DNA of 1,224 nt from a phage. Positions 1-1,224 of the stretch are shown here, piece by piece (positions within the stretch are counted from its first letter, which is position 1; the number at the start of each line of letters is the position of its first letter). The notes under the pieces were generated by a model, which ran no database searches, was not told where the DNA came from, and worked only from the letters and a program-made list of their open reading frames with translations. Where the stretch lies: the sequence record OR846179.1. One strand, 5' to 3'. Made by a program: the position numbers and the translations under genes.

Positions 1-58
1 TTTTGTAGCTTTTGTCTTTTGGCTTTGCTGTCTCGACTTGTCTAGCATTGAGCTTCAT
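1..58 (-). CDS. int: 5' end of a P4-type tyrosine integrase gene (N-terminal arm-binding domain); partial, continues beyond the left window edge
   Basis: Minus-strand ATG at 58..56 opens a frame with no stop to position 1, translating MKLNARQVETAKPKDKSYK. The AKPKDK-YK pattern matches the conserved N-terminus of P4-family integrases as I recall it. Context supports it: an att-like core and arm-type repeats lie immediately upstream. Only 19 codons are visible; an in-frame alternative ATG exists at 70..68; no Shine-Dalgarno is evident. Confidence 0.5.
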   Translation of the reverse strand, partial: MKLNARQVETAKPKDKSYK

Positions 59-112
59 TTGGGGGCACATTTCTAATCGAAGTTAAGATGCCCCCAATTA
101 TGCCCCCAATGA
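58..112. repeat. Cluster of three TGCCCCCA(A) motifs, candidate arm-type integrase binding sites on the int side of the core
   Basis: tgccccca occurs on the minus strand at 60-67 (plus reads tgggggca) and on the plus strand at 89-96 and 101-108. The last two sit in a tandem 12-bp duplication: atgcccccaatt (88-99) and atgcccccaatg (100-111). Confidence 0.4.
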
Positions 113-126
113 CATCCGGATTTCAA
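97..126 (-). promoter_or_regulatory. Candidate sigma70-type promoter for int, overlapping the arm-type repeats
   Basis: On the minus strand, TTGAAA (plus 121-126) is a -35-like hexamer and CATAAT (plus 97-102) a -10-like hexamer, 18 bp apart, roughly 40 bp upstream of the int ATG at 58. Hexamer match only; no experimental support. Confidence 0.25.
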
Positions 127-222
127 CGGACAACCTCGGACGATCCAAGATCGTAGAAATCGCTGAAAGTATTGATTTTTAATGGATAATCGGACTTACT
201 CGGATGGACTTGGAAGTAATAA

Positions 223-246
223 TGGTGCCGAAGGCCGGACTCGAAC
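223..246 (-). other. Attachment-site core: 24-nt 3' end of a tRNA-Leu gene (T-loop, acceptor 3' strand, CCA); not a complete tRNA
   Basis: Minus strand reads GTTCGAGTCCGGCCTTCGGCACCA: T-loop TTCGAGT, T-stem 3' strand CCGGC, acceptor 3' strand CTTCGGC, discriminator A, CCA. This matches my recollection of the E. coli leuX 3' end. The sequence 5' of it (247-300) is AT-rich and cannot form the rest of a tRNA. Confidence 0.55.
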
Positions 247-296
247 ATCAAAATAAGTTAATGATAAAAAACAAATAATAAAACACAACAATGAAA

Positions 297-321
297 TATG
301 CCCCCTTTTGTGCCCCCACTG
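297..321 (+). repeat. Two further TGCCCCC motifs, candidate arm-type integrase sites on the other side of the core
   Basis: tgccccc at 299-305 and tgccccca at 311-318, same orientation, 12-bp spacing, about 55-70 bp from the core. Confidence 0.4.
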
Positions 322-387
322 TTTTTCTGACCAATCTATTTTCAGCCCATCAATAAATCGGAAAGTTAAATCATTTTTAATCAGTAA

Positions 388-414
388 GTTTGGATCCGTA
401 GCTCGGATCCAAAC
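388..414. repeat. Perfect 11-bp inverted repeat with 5-bp spacer (gtttggatccg-tagct-cggatccaaac); candidate protein-binding palindrome or hairpin
   Basis: 388-398 is the exact reverse complement of 404-414. It sits between the att-like region and the iteron repeats. No adjacent U-tract on either strand, so a classic terminator is unlikely. Confidence 0.5.
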
Positions 415-435
415 CAGTGCATCTTTTATCCACAT

Positions 436-555
436 AAAAAATTTTTTTTCGAAAGAACTGTTCACACTGTTCACCTTTCTGTTTTCTCCTTTTATTTCAG
501 TTTGATAGGTGGTGAATAATGGGTGAAGGGTGAACATTCGATTCTTCACCTCCGG
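436..555. repeat. Direct repeat copy 1 (~120 bp) of a crr/ori-like iteron region carrying TGTTCACC octamers
   Basis: Aligns to 617-736 at a 181-bp offset with high identity. Contains an A6T8 tract (436-449); exact TGTTCACC at 468-475 (+) and 529-536 (-); degenerate copies at 459-466 (+), 511-518 (-), 522-529 (-) and 543-550 (+). Confidence 0.7.
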
Positions 556-616
556 CATTCTGCCGGTGTGACTCATACCGGTGATTAATCCCCCGTACTG
601 AAATCACACAGGGAGA

Positions 617-736
617 AAAAAAGTTTTTTTTGATTTGATTGTTCACACTGTTCACCTTTCGTTTTTCTCTTTTAATTTCAGTGTGATAACTGGTGAATAT
701 ACGGTGAAGGGTGAACAGTGGATTGTTCACCTTCGG
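617..736. repeat. Direct repeat copy 2 (~120 bp) of a crr/ori-like iteron region carrying TGTTCACC octamers
   Basis: Contains an A6-g-T8 tract (617-631); exact TGTTCACC at 649-656 (+), 710-717 (-) and 724-731 (+); degenerate copies at 640-647 (+), 692-699 (-) and 703-710 (-). Confidence 0.7.
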
Positions 737-748
737 GGAATTCAGGGA

Positions 749-774
749 TAAAAAAAGACCGGCAGATGCCGGTC
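749..774 (-). terminator. Rho-independent terminator downstream of the primase-like CDS
   Basis: 7-bp GC-rich stem (757-763 gaccggc / 768-774 gccggtc), 4-nt loop, followed on the minus strand by a run of 7 U (plus-strand A run 750-756). It lies 16 nt past the stop codon at 793..791. Confidence 0.6.
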
Positions 775-790
775 AGGTGGGTCATGAGGG

Positions 791-1224
791 TCAGGTTGTT
801 GCAGGGTCGTCACATTTTGGCAGCCAGTCGCCGTAGCTTTCCTCTTTCAGCGTCAGGTTGGTCTGTATCCCCTGTTTGGTATGGCGCTTCTCGTAATTCA
901 GTCCGTATTCCTTCAGCATCACCGGCAGCCCCAGCCCGAACATTTTCAGACTGAGTACATTCCGGTAGCCGTTTGCCTCCATGTAGGCCAGATAGGCGTG
1001 ATAGAGGTATTTACGGTAATTACGCGGGATGATACTGGCGTTCCCCATATACATGCCGCTGGTCTGCGGCAGGGTTTCCAGATAGCCGATAAAATCAAAC
1101 GTCGGGTCGGCATCCCGTTTGATGTTCAGCGCCTCGTCTGAGTTCTGCTGGGACTGAAGCAGTGACCGGGCGAGCATCGGGTCGCTGAACTTCTGCATCA
1201 GGTGACGCACGATGACCGCCAGCT
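791..1224 (-). CDS. 3' portion of a P4-family primase/helicase (alpha-like) gene, encoding the C-terminal domain; 5' end lies beyond the right window edge
   Basis: Minus-strand frame is open from the window edge to TGA at 793..791. The GTG at 1210 in the ORF track is only the first in-window start; the frame stays open upstream (..LAVI..). The product call is by context (TGTTCACC iterons directly downstream, terminator after the stop) and a general resemblance to P4-type primase C-termini; no homology search was possible. Confidence 0.7.
   Translation of the reverse strand, partial: LAVIVRHLMQKFSDPMLARSLLQSQQNSDEALNIKRDADPTFDFIGYLETLPQTSGMYMGNASIIPRNYRKYLYHAYLAYMEANGYRNVLSLKMFGLGLPVMLKEYGLNYEKRHTKQGIQTNLTLKEESYGDWLPKCDDPATT

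Noticed and set aside
2-76. Plus-strand frame open to the left edge, as a possible 3' end of an upstream gene
   Set aside because: Only 24 codons, encoding a hydrophobic, implausible peptide (FVAFVFWLCCLDLSSIELHLGAHF). The opposite strand gives an integrase-like N-terminus, which I preferred.
152-160. cgtagaaat 9-mer on the plus strand, resembling part of the leuX variable region
   Set aside because: It is on the opposite strand from the tRNA 3' fragment, with no flanking tRNA-like structure; treated as coincidence.
223-300. Complete tRNA gene on the minus strand
   Set aside because: Only the 3' terminal 24 nt (T-loop to CCA) are tRNA-like. The region where the D-arm and anticodon arm should be (247-300) is AT-rich and cannot fold as a tRNA. 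Interpreted as an att core instead.
308-505. 65-aa plus-strand ORF from the six-frame track
   Set aside because: It spans the AT-rich spacer, the palindrome and the A/T tracts. The predicted peptide is hydrophobic and low-complexity with no RBS; most likely chance.
196-576. 126-aa minus-strand ORF from the six-frame track
   Set aside because: It runs across the tRNA-fragment core, the TGCCCCC repeats, the palindrome and iteron repeat 1. Its sequence is low-complexity and its apparent similarity to ORF 497..730 just reflects the underlying 120-bp DNA repeat. Most likely a spurious ORF in regulatory DNA.
497-730. 77-aa minus-strand ORF from the six-frame track
   Set aside because: It lies entirely within the iteron repeats and spacer. 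Its repeated peptide segment is a by-product of the DNA direct repeat, and no start or RBS context supports it.
436-736. Possible CRISPR array (repeat-spacer-repeat)
   Set aside because: Only two copies; the repeat units are 120 bp and the spacer 61 bp, far from CRISPR dimensions; the repeats consist of iteron octamers and A/T tracts.
718-1141. Plus-strand ORFs 718..954 and 881..1141
   Set aside because: They are antisense to the primase-like CDS and the first also covers the terminator and iterons. Typical shadow ORFs on the strand opposite a real GC-rich gene.

Overview
This window looks like the integration/replication junction of a P4-family satellite phage or phage-derived island. About 730 bp of densely structured non-coding DNA lies between two genes on the minus strand. 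From left to right: (1) the first 19 codons of a tyrosine integrase gene (start at 58, running off the left edge); (2) an attP-like site, made of a 24-nt tRNA-Leu 3'-end fragment at 223-246 flanked on both sides by five copies of a TGCCCCCA motif that I read as arm-type integrase sites; (3) a perfect 11-bp inverted repeat at 388-414; (4) two ~120-bp direct repeats (436-555 and 617-736) carrying TGTTCACC octamers in both orientations, matching what I recall of the P4 crr bound by the alpha primase; (5) an intrinsic terminator at 750-774; (6) the 3' end of a primase/helicase-like CDS (791-1224, open to the right edge). All assignments rest on reading the sequence and on recalled P4 biology; no database search was run. 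I see no evidence of a novel system here; the region appears to be a known module type, with several sites that merit experimental checking.
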